A stretch of 64,000 bases of DNA. Source: a virus. Of this stretch, positions 10,040 through 19,349 are shown piece by piece (position 1 is the first letter of the stretch; each line of letters begins with the position of its first letter). The notes beneath the pieces are model-generated. The model did no database searches and was not told the origin of the DNA. It saw only the letters and a list, made by a program, of their open reading frames with translations. The stretch is from positions 51,641-115,640 of the IMG/VR virus record IMGVR_UViG_3300045988_183117. One strand, given 5' to 3'. Made by a program: the position numbers and the translations under genes.

Positions 10040-10906
10040 TTACCCAGCTTTCTTGGTTTTCTTGGTTTCGGGCTTTACGATACCGCCGTTGGCATCGTAG
10101 ACATTGTATGGGAAGTCACCGTTATTGACGCGCTTAGCAACGCGCTGCCCGGTGGCAGTCTTATAATACTGGTTCAGTCGGTTTGCAGTACGGAAAAAGG
10201 CAAACCTTGCATACTGTGTGCCGCGCTTGACACGGTTTTCGCGCAGCAGTTCGTCCCGCAGCGTGATAGCATAATGTTCGGCTTCATTGTTGGTGAACCC
10301 CGAATAGAACACGTCCATGAACTTCTCGATATAAATAGCGGGAACATCGTTCATGGCAGCCACAATGATGGCCGCTGTTGTACCTGCGGAATTGAGTCCC
10401 GGCAGCGTAGCCTTCTTGATGCACTTGGTGGCGGATTCGATTTGCGTGCGGTATTTCATCAGCCATTCGCTCAAAGCTTCCTCGTGACTGAGGTTCGAGC
10501 CTGCGAACACGCGGCCGATGAGGTTTGCTGCGGAGAGAATCGTATTGTTCGTCCAGCTCATATCGTACTCGGACATCTGCACACGGTTCGCCATGGAGCG
10601 GATGTTCCCGGAATCGATGTGCTGAGACTTGGCGGCATTAAAGGTCACGTTCATACGCACGGTCACACCGGACTCGACGATAGCGAGCAGTCGATGCTGA
10701 CCATCGACCAGCGTGCCATCGGAGGCAATGGCGATACCCTGATGCGTTGTATCCCAATGCCATTCTCTCATGTCTTTCGCCATCTTTTTGACTTTGGCGA
10801 CGTTCACGTTCCGATTGTTATCGTTCCTCTCAAGCCATTTTGCCGCCTGTTCGGGCGAGATTTCGTAGCCGTCCCGAGTCCTCTGATTAAAATTATAGCG
10901 TCCCAT
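10040..10906 (-). CDS. ParB/Srx-like nuclease domain protein (DGQHR motif)
   Basis: LVDGQHRLLAI is the ParB N-terminal / DndB-type motif. RBS AAAGGA. Confidence 0.75.
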   Translation of the reverse strand: MGRYNFNQRTRDGYEISPEQAAKWLERNDNNRNVNVAKVKKMAKDMREWHWDTTHQGIAIASDGTLVDGQHRLLAIVESGVTVRMNVTFNAAKSQHIDSGNIRSMANRVQMSEYDMSWTNNTILSAANLIGRVFAGSNLSHEEALSEWLMKYRTQIESATKCIKKATLPGLNSAGTTAAIIVAAMNDVPAIYIEKFMDVFYSGFTNNEAEHYAITLRDELLRENRVKRGTQYARFAFFRTANRLNQYYKTATGQRVAKRVNNGDFPYNVYDANGGIVKPETKKTKKAG

Positions 10907-10923
10907 CTGTAATTCCTTTCTGC

Positions 10924-11265
10924 CTATGTGGGCATATGTCTGATATTTGTTATGTGATATTCAGAAGGATTTTCCGATTTGTGATTATATTCGTGTTGGT
11001 CGAGTTGGCGTGGCTGCATCGAAACAGTGCGCAACGTTCTGAGTCTGTGCATAACACCTCCTCTCACCAGCGGCGATAAGGTATCCCTGCCGCTGAGGTT
11101 ATGAGTCCTAGCTCTGTCGTCTGAATCAGCCAGAATCGCCAGCAGCTCATCGAGGATGCCGATATAGTTGTCGTCATTGATATACTGGATGGTGTTAATC
11201 ATGGCTGTTTTCAGTGCATTGAGAGGCTCTCCGCGCATTGAACCGGAAGTATCGACAACGAACAA
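10924..11265 (-). pseudogene. vWA-domain fragment in the same frame as the upstream membrane-protein gene, separated by a single TAA
   Basis: VVDTSGSM is a MIDAS-type DxSxS motif. There is no ATG; the track uses TTG. Upstream in frame the sequence reads ...GYTRTD-TAA-EIALFVVDTSGSM. Confidence 0.45.
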
Positions 11266-11274
11266 AGCTATTTC

Positions 11275-12048
11275 TTAGTCTGTGCGGGTGTATCCGTGGT
11301 CAGCTAACCATTTATGTACTTCATTCGTGACGTTCAATGTATCGATGGAATAGCTGTTAACTCCTAGTTTGCCATTGGAAAGATTCATGCCGATATTATA
11401 AATGAGCTTGTGGCCTTTCATTTTGCCGATGGTCGTTGTGCTTCCTGCGGCGAATGTTTTGACTCCGACGCCGAGTTCCGAGTTATTCTCGTAGTCCAGC
11501 TCCTTGTAAGTAAAATTGTCTTGTACAAGAATCAGTTTTTTGAAAATCTGATGACTCTGCAAGATGCCATTATGAATGGAAAGGCAGTTTTGCCAATCGG
11601 CTTCAAAATCAATCCAGTTCCCGAATGTGGAAGCTGTCAATGGAGCATTAGGACTCTGGTTGATAGCCGCTGCCTCTTGAAGCAGCAGTTTCTTAGGTGT
11701 TTTGTATTCCGCTACCGGATAGTTAATTTCGCCCTTGCACAGTATTTTCGCAAATGCTTTGACGGCAAGCTTACCAAAGATAACGCAGAAGCATCCGCAG
11801 AAACCAAAAAATGCGCCAAGCAGATAGAATACAAGTGTTGCTGTATGGATGCTTTCGGGGTCGTATCTCTGCGCTGATGCCTCCGAAATAACAAGGCCAA
11901 TTGGAATCAGCAGCAAGATAATGCCGAAAATTATAAAGGCGATTCCCATTGTTACCCACATCCGACCCGTACCTGCCGGGGTCGCATATTTCAGTGCTCT
12001 TTTCCGTTCTTTCTCAGACGGAATCATCTTATCCTTTTTGGCTGCCAT
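11275..12048 (-). CDS. Membrane protein (2 TM helices plus a soluble domain)
   Basis: Hydrophobic segments IAFIIFGIILLLIPIGLVI and LVFYLLGAFFGFCGCFCVIFG. Confidence 0.55.
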   Translation of the reverse strand: MAAKKDKMIPSEKERKRALKYATPAGTGRMWVTMGIAFIIFGIILLLIPIGLVISEASAQRYDPESIHTATLVFYLLGAFFGFCGCFCVIFGKLAVKAFAKILCKGEINYPVAEYKTPKKLLLQEAAAINQSPNAPLTASTFGNWIDFEADWQNCLSIHNGILQSHQIFKKLILVQDNFTYKELDYENNSELGVGVKTFAAGSTTTIGKMKGHKLIYNIGMNLSNGKLGVNSYSIDTLNVTNEVHKWLADHGYTRTD

Positions 12049-12095
12049 GATTTCCTCCTCCTTTTAATCGTGAAATCTGTTGTTGATTTTCTGAA

Positions 12096-14816
12096 TCAGC
12101 CAAAGCTGAGCTGCTCCGAGTCAGTTGAAAAGAAAGCCGCCTTTTTCTTTGCCTGCTCTTTTGCGCTCTTACTTATCGGTTTCTTCGTGCCGTCCAGATG
12201 ATGCTTGCTCTTGTACGAATAGCCTTTCCAGGCAGCCTGATAGGAAAGGTAGCCATATCCGTTAGCATTGTCCAGGACCTTATCAGTTGCGGCCTCGACC
12301 ACAACATAACGGGGCTGGTTGGGCTTTGAGAGTTCATCGCTTTTCACGACACGATAGCTCTTCTTCTCATCTGCGCCGTACTTGGAAAACGGTAATGCGG
12401 ATTCCTTTTTGGGCTTGGATTTTGCCTTGGCGCTTTCGATGCTTCCCTCAACGGAATCCACCAGTTCAGAGTCAAAGAACGCCTCATCAAGAGGTACGTT
12501 GGGGCTGTTCTGCTTCTTTGCTTCTTCGATTTTCTGATACATGGCATCTTCGGCGCGGCGCATCTTCCAAACCTTGATGAGGGCTTTTTCCGGGAACGTG
12601 ATGGTCAGTCCCTTTTCCGCCAGCATCTTTCGGACAGCAGGCGTAGCGAAAGACTTGTATTTTGCATACGGTCCTTCTTTGTGCTGCTCGATTTCATGGC
12701 TTACCTGAGTCATATATTCCTCAAACGCCTTGTTCTGGTCGAGCCAGAACTCGACTTCGGAATAAGGAGAATCATGGTCCACGGTTTTTTGAAGTTCGCA
12801 ACTCTTCGCATAAGCAAGACAAGCGTCTTTCACATCGGCAAAACCAAGCCCAAAATTATCGTTCAGAGTGTTTCGGCGTGCTCCATCCATCACGAAATAA
12901 CGGCTTCCTTGCTTGATGATGGCGATACCATCTCCGGAAGTGATAGTGGTGGACTCTTCCGCATATCCGTCGTCAGTCCAGCGGTCGATAATCGATGCCG
13001 TATCCTGTACAAAGCCTTTTCGGCAGGTGTAATAATCCGCGCCGTTGTAAGCTCGTTTCGTGATGCACTTGGTAATTGCGTCAATCAGAGCGTCTATATC
13101 CTTGATTTTTACGCTGTACATCAGGTTACTTTTGACGTTCCAGACAACGCCATACGGCAACCCCAATGCCATCATGGAACACGCACACTGCAGAAAATGC
13201 TTATGTGCCAGGCTGCTGATGAACTTGATGCAGTAGACGGTATTATTCTTTACGACATCCGCAAGGCCCGAGGTATAAATTACTTTATGGTCCTTAGTAT
13301 GAATGTCGATATCGCCACGTGCCTGAACATATTCATCGGGAGTGAACACGGTTCCAAGCCGCATGCTGAGCGACATTTTGGCTTTTGCGTTCACAAAAGG
13401 AGGCTTGACCTGTTTTACATACCTGCACTGATTCGTTTCGAGTGCTGTGAGCAGTAGAACCTTATCCTCGACCGTTGCACCCTTCTTGATTTTCAAATAC
13501 TGCATGTCTTTATGCAGGTCCATGTAATACGCAAGTGCGTCATCTATATCGTAGGAATTAAAGAATCCTGCCTGCATGTAGATGCTGATGCAGGGAGACA
13601 AATCAATCATTGCATCTGCCGTCTGGATATCAATGGTCGTGGTATCATTACGTTCAATCGGTGTGACTTCCAACAGCTTATAGCAGGCATCTACATCCTC
13701 GATGAATTTATGGTCAAACATCTCAGAAAATGCGAACGGATGCGGAAATCCGCGAAGAGTTTCAGTTGGGGTCATCAGAGATTTATCGCTCAACGGATGG
13801 TCTGAGTTTACGAAAATGATTCGCTGCTTTCCTCGGCTTGCTGCGACACAAAACAGATTCCGAAGAATCTCATATCGTGCCATCGGTTTGCTTGTGCGAG
13901 ACGACCAGTATTCTTCCGTGAAATCAAACACAACGCAGATAGGCCGCTCCATACCTTTGCTGCCGTCAAAAGTCGTGAAGATACCAACATCCGAGGAGGG
14001 TGCTACTGCCTTATTCCCATCATTGTCTGCGATACTTGCATAGACATGATGCTTGTCATAGAGGTTCCCCGGTCGATTCTCCAAGTCGTTGAGCACCTTC
14101 GTCATGGCTCCAATTCGAGCACCCAGGCAAAGGACATTTTTGGGGTTCTGCTTATTCAGGAACTCTGTCACTTCATCGACCGACATCTGTTCCACGATAC
14201 AGGAGCTATTTACGCCGTTGATGGTCTTGCCCCAGATATTGCCGAGTCGTTCTGCCAAGTCATGAGAAATACGGAAGCATTTCGTGAAAACCACCTGTTC
14301 ATGGCGGCCGAGAAAATCCTGCATGAACTCCCAGACATCCAGCGCTGTATCATCGTAGATTTTCTGCTTCATATCGCCCACTGCAACGATTTGAAGGCTC
14401 GGATTCTGAGAACGGATATATTTGAGTAGTTCCGCAATCTCGTCATTGATATCCTGATACTCGTCAATGATAAGAGTATCAATCGGCGGAATCGGAATTT
14501 TCTTTTCCAATACCATAGCGAGCTGTTCACCCTGCCCGCAATTTCGGATTCCCTTTTTGTTCAGCAGCAGGCTTGCAAATCCGTGATAGTTCTGGACCAA
14601 GACATTATGATTTTTGATTTTGTCTTTGGCGTCAAGTTTGAGTAATCGGTTATAGGTCAAGTACAGGATACGCCGTTCTGGAGGGTACGCATCACAGAGC
14701 ACGTTGATGGTCGATGTCTTTCCGCTGCCAATGCAGGCGTCACACAATACGTTTTTTCCCGACAATGCCAAATGTACGAATTCCTGTTGTTCGCTTGACA
14801 AGTCGTTCAGCGTCAT
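12096..14816 (-). CDS. UvrD/Rep-like SF1 DNA helicase with a long C-terminal extension
   Basis: Walker A is ACIGSGKTST and motif II is LIIDEYQDIND. Start moved to MTLNDL with RBS AGGAG 7 nt upstream. Promoter A4 lies upstream. Confidence 0.8.
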   Translation of the reverse strand: MTLNDLSSEQQEFVHLALSGKNVLCDACIGSGKTSTINVLCDAYPPERRILYLTYNRLLKLDAKDKIKNHNVLVQNYHGFASLLLNKKGIRNCGQGEQLAMVLEKKIPIPPIDTLIIDEYQDINDEIAELLKYIRSQNPSLQIVAVGDMKQKIYDDTALDVWEFMQDFLGRHEQVVFTKCFRISHDLAERLGNIWGKTINGVNSSCIVEQMSVDEVTEFLNKQNPKNVLCLGARIGAMTKVLNDLENRPGNLYDKHHVYASIADNDGNKAVAPSSDVGIFTTFDGSKGMERPICVVFDFTEEYWSSRTSKPMARYEILRNLFCVAASRGKQRIIFVNSDHPLSDKSLMTPTETLRGFPHPFAFSEMFDHKFIEDVDACYKLLEVTPIERNDTTTIDIQTADAMIDLSPCISIYMQAGFFNSYDIDDALAYYMDLHKDMQYLKIKKGATVEDKVLLLTALETNQCRYVKQVKPPFVNAKAKMSLSMRLGTVFTPDEYVQARGDIDIHTKDHKVIYTSGLADVVKNNTVYCIKFISSLAHKHFLQCACSMMALGLPYGVVWNVKSNLMYSVKIKDIDALIDAITKCITKRAYNGADYYTCRKGFVQDTASIIDRWTDDGYAEESTTITSGDGIAIIKQGSRYFVMDGARRNTLNDNFGLGFADVKDACLAYAKSCELQKTVDHDSPYSEVEFWLDQNKAFEEYMTQVSHEIEQHKEGPYAKYKSFATPAVRKMLAEKGLTITFPEKALIKVWKMRRAEDAMYQKIEEAKKQNSPNVPLDEAFFDSELVDSVEGSIESAKAKSKPKKESALPFSKYGADEKKSYRVVKSDELSKPNQPRYVVVEAATDKVLDNANGYGYLSYQAAWKGYSYKSKHHLDGTKKPISKSAKEQAKKKAAFFSTDSEQLSFG

Positions 14817-14899
14817 AGCTATATCTCCTAACAACAAAAATGCCCCGATAGCATCCAATCCAGATGCCGTCAGGGCACAATTTTTATCTTATTAGGGTT

Positions 14900-14927
14900 A
14901 TTATATCTGATTCGCACAGATGTGCAA
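14900..14927 (-). promoter_or_regulatory. Family A promoter A4
   Basis: TTGCAC-ATCTGTGCGAATCAGA-TATAAT, upstream of the UvrD-like helicase. Confidence 0.55.
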
Positions 14928-14944
14928 GCGTTTTCCTCCCCCCC

Positions 14945-14988
14945 CAAAAAAAGGAAAGACCCCTACCGATTTTCGGTAAGGGTCTTTC
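14945..14988 (-). terminator. Rho-independent terminator after the macro gene
   Basis: GAAAGACCCCTACCGATTTTCGGTAAGGGTCTTTC hairpin followed by a T7 run on the minus strand. Confidence 0.6.
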
Positions 14989-14993
14989 TGCTA

Positions 14994-15470
14994 TTACTGC
15001 TGGAGTTCCCAAATTTCAATATTCAGATTCCAGGCTTTTGCTGCATCGCTGATGATTTCCAGAACCGTGTCCCAGTCGCCTCCGGCAAGGCCGCAGCCTA
15101 AACCATATGGCAGCCGGACGATTGCGCTCTGATTCTTTTGAGTACAGTCTCGGAAAAATGAGAACAGTGCAGTCGCTAGTGCAGCGTAATTTGTTTGTCT
15201 TTCGCCCCGGCCATAGCCATTTTGGCCGAACAGGTTCACGATGTACAGCTTCGGCTCTACCAGAACTTCTTGATAAGTCCCAAGCTTGTTGCCATCACTG
15301 CCATAGCAAAGTCCCAGATAGTGCCGATATACTACCGGCCATTGGCTGCGAATTTGCATCGCGAGTCCGGCTCCCATCACGCCTTTGCAATTTACTTGCT
15401 GGCAAATGTAAGTTGGCTTACTCGCAGAAAGTCGTGAAAAAATATTGCCGTCGATAAATTTAATGCCCAT
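14994..15470 (-). CDS. Macro-domain protein (ADP-ribose binding / hydrolase)
   Basis: QQVNCKGVMGAGLAMQIR matches the macro N..AAN..GGGV signature. IVRLPYGLGCGLAGGDW matches the second glycine-rich loop. Start moved to MGIKF immediately after the stop of the upstream gene. Confidence 0.7.
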   Translation of the reverse strand: MGIKFIDGNIFSRLSASKPTYICQQVNCKGVMGAGLAMQIRSQWPVVYRHYLGLCYGSDGNKLGTYQEVLVEPKLYIVNLFGQNGYGRGERQTNYAALATALFSFFRDCTQKNQSAIVRLPYGLGCGLAGGDWDTVLEIISDAAKAWNLNIEIWELQQ

Positions 15471-15471
15471 C

Positions 15472-15879
15472 TTACTTACCACCCTTTCCAAATTTCGAAG
15501 CATTCCCTGGATAGATGGTGTAGTCCGTGCCATAATCAACGTTATTGTCTCGGTATACGAGCTCTACATTCGACATGCTGGTATAGAAAACCTTGTCTCG
15601 GTAACGGCTATCGCCGATTTCAAATTTGATGTTTTGCCCGTTGTCCACGATTTCGTAGCTTACGAGAGCGGATACGGTCCAAATGTTGTCGTAGCGAAAA
15701 TGAATGTAATTGTATTCCGGTTTCATCTCAGCACTTTCCGGTGTAGACAATATCTGACCCGGAATATCTTCGAGTTCAGACATTGTGGTACTTGTCACAG
15801 TGCTGATTGCGTCCTCACAGCCAGCCAAAGGTAGAGCCAGGCAGCACAGCACCAAAGCAGTCCCAATAAATTTTTTCAT
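15472..15879 (-). CDS. Small lipoprotein
   Basis: MKKFIGTALVLCCLALPLAGCED carries a lipobox. Promoter A5 lies upstream. Confidence 0.55.
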   Translation of the reverse strand: MKKFIGTALVLCCLALPLAGCEDAISTVTSTTMSELEDIPGQILSTPESAEMKPEYNYIHFRYDNIWTVSALVSYEIVDNGQNIKFEIGDSRYRDKVFYTSMSNVELVYRDNNVDYGTDYTIYPGNASKFGKGGK

Positions 15880-15902
15880 AGTTATTCCTCCGTCTGATTT
15901 TT

Positions 15903-15930
15903 ATTGTACGCAGTTCGCACAAAAGAAAAA
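15903..15930 (-). promoter_or_regulatory. Family A promoter A5 (weak -35)
   Basis: TTTTCT-TTTGTGCGAACTGCG-TACAAT, upstream of the lipoprotein / macro operon. Confidence 0.45.
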
Positions 15931-15990
15931 GCTACCCAATAGCCATAAGGCCACTGAGCAGCTCAATGTAAATCCTATTTTGTGTTTGAT

Positions 15991-16036
15991 ATCTGTCGTA
16001 CAAATCTGATTGTGCGAGCCTCGCACATCAGGTCAA
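15991..16036 (-). promoter_or_regulatory. Family A promoter A6 with downstream TTGTACGACAGAT element, in tandem 60 nt upstream of A5
   Basis: TTGACC-TGATGTGCGAGGCTCG-CACAAT, then TTTGTACGACAGATA. Confidence 0.45.
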
Positions 16037-16161
16037 GCCATGTCGGCAGCTACGCATCCTGGCACCTACGGTTTCTGTGGACAAAAGGATGCAGCTACAC
16101 AAACAAAAAAGCCCTACCCGCATTTTACTGCAGGCTTGGTTTGCTTTTTGCTCTGTGGCGT

Positions 16162-16482
16162 TTAGCCCTCAACAACAAAGGTGTAGCTGTCTTCTTTCAT
16201 CGCGACAAGGCCCTTGAACGTCTGGCACTCAGCTTCGTCCAGGAATGCCTTGATGGTCAGGCTAGTATCCTCATTATCCAGCCATTCGGGACGCATTCGG
16301 ACAACGAGGTCGTGTAGCTCTCCGAGAACATAGGCCATCAGGTCATGGTCGCCCAGAGCCTCGCCAATTGCTTCATCATCGCATTCGACGGGAAAGCTGA
16401 TGGATGCGGCAAGGCCGTCAAGTTCATCATCGTCTTTGGGGCGGATTACAGTGGCTTCGAGTTTCAAAATACTGGTGTTCAT
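16162..16482 (-). CDS. Hypothetical acidic 106-aa protein
   Basis: ORF track entry. Promoter A7 lies about 60 nt upstream. Confidence 0.5.
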   Translation of the reverse strand: MNTSILKLEATVIRPKDDDELDGLAASISFPVECDDEAIGEALGDHDLMAYVLGELHDLVVRMRPEWLDNEDTSLTIKAFLDEAECQTFKGLVAMKEDSYTFVVEG

Positions 16483-16531
16483 AGTGAAATTTCCTTTTTT
16501 GTGTGTTGTGCTTTATCTTTCGACATCTTTA

Positions 16532-16559
16532 ATTGTATTTAATTCGCACGGATGCACAA
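16532..16559 (-). promoter_or_regulatory. Family A promoter A7
   Basis: TTGTGC-ATCCGTGCGAATTAAA-TACAAT, upstream of 16162..16482 and divergent from the plus-strand promoter of 16785..18671. Confidence 0.55.
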
Positions 16560-16699
16560 GGCAAAACTGTGGCAAAATTGTGGTAAAGACAAGGCGCATA
16601 GAGCTTGTTCCGTCACCAAGCCGGAAAGCTCAAGAATCAATTGCTTTGCTCAAATATGTCATCTTGTGTGTTTTATTGCCATTTGTTGTAAATTAGCGC

Positions 16700-16731
16700 T
16701 TGCTTTTTAGTACGAGATGTGCTATTATAAT
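16700..16731 (+). promoter_or_regulatory. Sigma-A-like promoter for 16785..18671 (TTGCTT-17-TATTAT/TATAAT)
   Basis: Consensus-like hexamers 55 nt upstream of the RBS AAAGGAG. Confidence 0.5.
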
Positions 16732-16784
16732 TACAGAAGATGACATTATTATACAGCAAATGACACATTTGAAAGGAGCACACC

Positions 16785-18671
16785 ATGATTTCTGTTAACC
16801 TCGCCACGCCCGTGATTTTCTATAAGCAGCTGCCCGGCATCGCTAAGAAGCTGGATGTGGATGCTGATTTTTTGAAAGGCTTTCTCACCAACGCCAGGTG
16901 TTATGTCGAGGATGCCGGAAAAGGTGAAGTGCTTGAGCTGGACAACTCGGCCGACACGATAACGAAAGTTGTCGCAACCCATGAGAAGCGCTTTTACGGT
17001 GCGGAGGCCATGGTGGAATTCGCCAAGAGCAAAGGCGTGGATATTCCTGCACTGAACCATTTTGAACTTGGTGCAGATATCTCTGCCCATGCAACGGAAG
17101 ACCAAGTTGCCAACATCACTGCATTGGCCGCACGAGTCGAGCGCCTCAATAGTCGGTACAAGAGTCTTGCCCGGCTTGAAGCCCCGGACGTCATCCTGAT
17201 GAACGAAGCAAGGATGGTGCGTGAGGCAGTAGAGCAGCTGGAAGATAACAGCGGTACTTACTTCCCGGCTCTTAACCAGAATGGGGTTGCCTATCAATCC
17301 TTGAAGGATATTGGGTATTCCCTTGTCACCGGTTGGGACAAGTCGGTGCTTGAAAAGAACAGCAATAAGGATACGGAGGCCACCTTTCCCAAAGAGCCCG
17401 ACTTTCAAAGGCTGGCATCGCTGGTCAAAAAAGCCATCGGAACCCGCACACAGGGTAAGTTTGCGTTTCAAGCGGGGCTGACTCGTGGATATATCAGTAA
17501 CCTTGCGAACGGCAACGCGAAAGCTCAGCCGACCGAGAATACCATCAAGAAAATTGCAAGCGCAACGGATGCTGTCACGGAGAACGAGCTTCGTATCGCC
17601 TGTGGGTATGAGCCCTTGCCTGACGACGGGAAAGACAAGCTCTCTATGCAGCGTGCAAGCATGTCTGATGACGCATGGCAGAAAGACAACGTGGATGCAT
17701 TCCTCTCTTTTCTGAATGAAACGATTCCAATGTCCACTCCTCTTTCGTCCACTGAAATTCTTCAAGCTCTTTTCAAGGAAAAATACGGTGACAAGAACGA
17801 CCAGATTCTGCTGGAAAAGGTCTCTGCCCCCGGCACCTATCGTGCGGAAGGTACGGCTGCTAATGTCATTCTACCCATTCGTCTATGTTGGTTCAGCTTC
17901 AAGCGGATGCTGATGCAGACCCTCTATGTGGGACTTATCGGGCATTACAGCAAAAATGATGAGCTGTACATTACCGGATACATTTCTTCTGTGAAAGAGC
18001 TGCATGACGCGGTTCCGGCGCTGCGAGGCGGCATTGATGCGGCCTATGACGCGAGTCTGCCGGAGGGAATCGACATCATGAAGTTCCCGGTATTTTACAC
18101 GGCTTCCAATGTTCAGGAAGCATACAAGCGGGTCCAGCAGAAAATCGTCTCCAAAATTGACGATTACTTTGCCAGCGAAGTGAAGGTTCGCGTTTCCGGC
18201 ATCGGCTTTTATACTGATACCCTCTCGGATGAAAAGTTTGTGGAATTCATGCGCCTTCATAAAGCAGCGCTGACTGCTCCTTCTGCTCCTATCGAACTCC
18301 GGGACATCTATGAAAACGTTGTTGAACGTCACGGCCGCCCTGAGGATTTCCTTGTGGAAGACAGCGACTTTGACTGTAAGGCTTCCGTTATCACCTATGC
18401 GATGAACAATGAGACGGTTCTCTGTGCAGGACAGGACATCTTTGACGGGATGCTGGGCAGCAAAGAAACCGATGCAGAAAATTGCTCTTGCGTTTCTGTC
18501 TCTGACAAAGAGTTTGCCCGTCTGCATTCCAAGTTTGGCCTCAAGAAAGAGGACGTTCTGGAAGCTATCAAGGCATACGCGCAGGAGCTCGGTCTGGAGT
18601 ACGGCCCCGTCAACTATTTCATGATGTGTGACCCGAAATATGCAAACGACCTTGGCGAGATTGTGCAGTGA
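16785..18671 (+). CDS. Large protein with a central XRE-family HTH; candidate regulator
   Basis: KKAIGTRTQGKFAFQAGLTRGYISNLANG is a Cro/C1-type HTH. RBS AAAGGAG. Own promoter TTGCTT-17-TATTAT. A terminator hairpin follows at 18723-18774. Confidence 0.7.
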   Translation: MISVNLATPVIFYKQLPGIAKKLDVDADFLKGFLTNARCYVEDAGKGEVLELDNSADTITKVVATHEKRFYGAEAMVEFAKSKGVDIPALNHFELGADISAHATEDQVANITALAARVERLNSRYKSLARLEAPDVILMNEARMVREAVEQLEDNSGTYFPALNQNGVAYQSLKDIGYSLVTGWDKSVLEKNSNKDTEATFPKEPDFQRLASLVKKAIGTRTQGKFAFQAGLTRGYISNLANGNAKAQPTENTIKKIASATDAVTENELRIACGYEPLPDDGKDKLSMQRASMSDDAWQKDNVDAFLSFLNETIPMSTPLSSTEILQALFKEKYGDKNDQILLEKVSAPGTYRAEGTAANVILPIRLCWFSFKRMLMQTLYVGLIGHYSKNDELYITGYISSVKELHDAVPALRGGIDAAYDASLPEGIDIMKFPVFYTASNVQEAYKRVQQKIVSKIDDYFASEVKVRVSGIGFYTDTLSDEKFVEFMRLHKAALTAPSAPIELRDIYENVVERHGRPEDFLVEDSDFDCKASVITYAMNNETVLCAGQDIFDGMLGSKETDAENCSCVSVSDKEFARLHSKFGLKKEDVLEAIKAYAQELGLEYGPVNYFMMCDPKYANDLGEIVQ

Positions 18672-18722
18672 ATCGTTCTGAACGCGGTAAGATGATTTGC
18701 TGCCCTATCGGTTGATACAAAC

Positions 18723-18774
18723 AAAAAAAATAAGGCTGCTACCCATTACTGGGCGGCAGCCTTTTGCGTTTGAA
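18723..18774. terminator. Bidirectional terminator between the plus gene 16785..18671 and the minus NADAR operon
   Basis: GGCTGCTACCCATTACTGGGCGGCAGCC hairpin with an A8 run upstream and a T4 run downstream. Confidence 0.6.
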
Positions 18775-18875
18775 CAAAAGAAAACGAGAACACCGTCGGC
18801 AACGGAGTCCTCGCAAAAGATAGTTCTTTTTGATTACGGTTTTAATTATATGGAACCCGCAATGCATTGCAAGCA

Positions 18876-19328
18876 TTATTTGCCCGCTTGCTTTTTCAGC
18901 TTATCTCTCGTTTCCATGAGAATGATTCCGAGCCGATTCTGACCCGGGATGTTCCGGCATTTCTGGCAGTGGCAGTTGCCCCAGTAATTGTCATGCCAGC
19001 TGGTAGTATCCTCCTCAATAAGCTGTGTACCCGTTTCGAGGAGACGCTGCTTGAGGTCTTTATTCTGTTCGAATTTAGCCATCACCACGCGGCGCATTAC
19101 ATCGTCCCGGGTTTCGTCCCAGTTGGCAGGGAAAGCCACATGACGGCCAAAATGCTTAGCCGTTGCCGGAGGCATGTCTGAAAATTGTTTGCGCTCTTCC
19201 AGCGGAACCTTGTGGCTCTGAAACGCTGCTTCGGCATTCTTGTAACGAATCCCATTCATCACAAATTCGCAAGAATAATAGTTACTCATAAACCAGTAGC
19301 GAGGGGTATCTTTTCTGAATCGAATCAT
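18876..19328 (-). CDS. NADAR (YbiA-like, DUF1768) domain protein
   Basis: Motifs FMSNYY..F..NGIRYKNAEAAFQ and NYWGNCHCQKCRNIPGQNRLGIILMETRDKL match YbiA/NADAR. RBS AGGAG. Confidence 0.7.
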   Translation of the reverse strand: MIRFRKDTPRYWFMSNYYSCEFVMNGIRYKNAEAAFQSHKVPLEERKQFSDMPPATAKHFGRHVAFPANWDETRDDVMRRVVMAKFEQNKDLKQRLLETGTQLIEEDTTSWHDNYWGNCHCQKCRNIPGQNRLGIILMETRDKLKKQAGK

Positions 19329-19349
19329 ACGAATCTCCTATTCTCTATC

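Noticed and set aside
10031-10912. 293-aa plus-strand ORF
   Set aside because: It is antisense to the ParB/DGQHR gene, which has a clear motif and RBS.
12681-13457. 258-aa plus-strand ORF
   Set aside because: It is antisense to the UvrD-like helicase gene.
16749-17765. 338-aa minus-strand ORF
   Set aside because: It is antisense to the plus-strand HTH protein, which has a promoter, RBS and motif. The minus ORF is Cys/Arg/His-rich and not protein-like.
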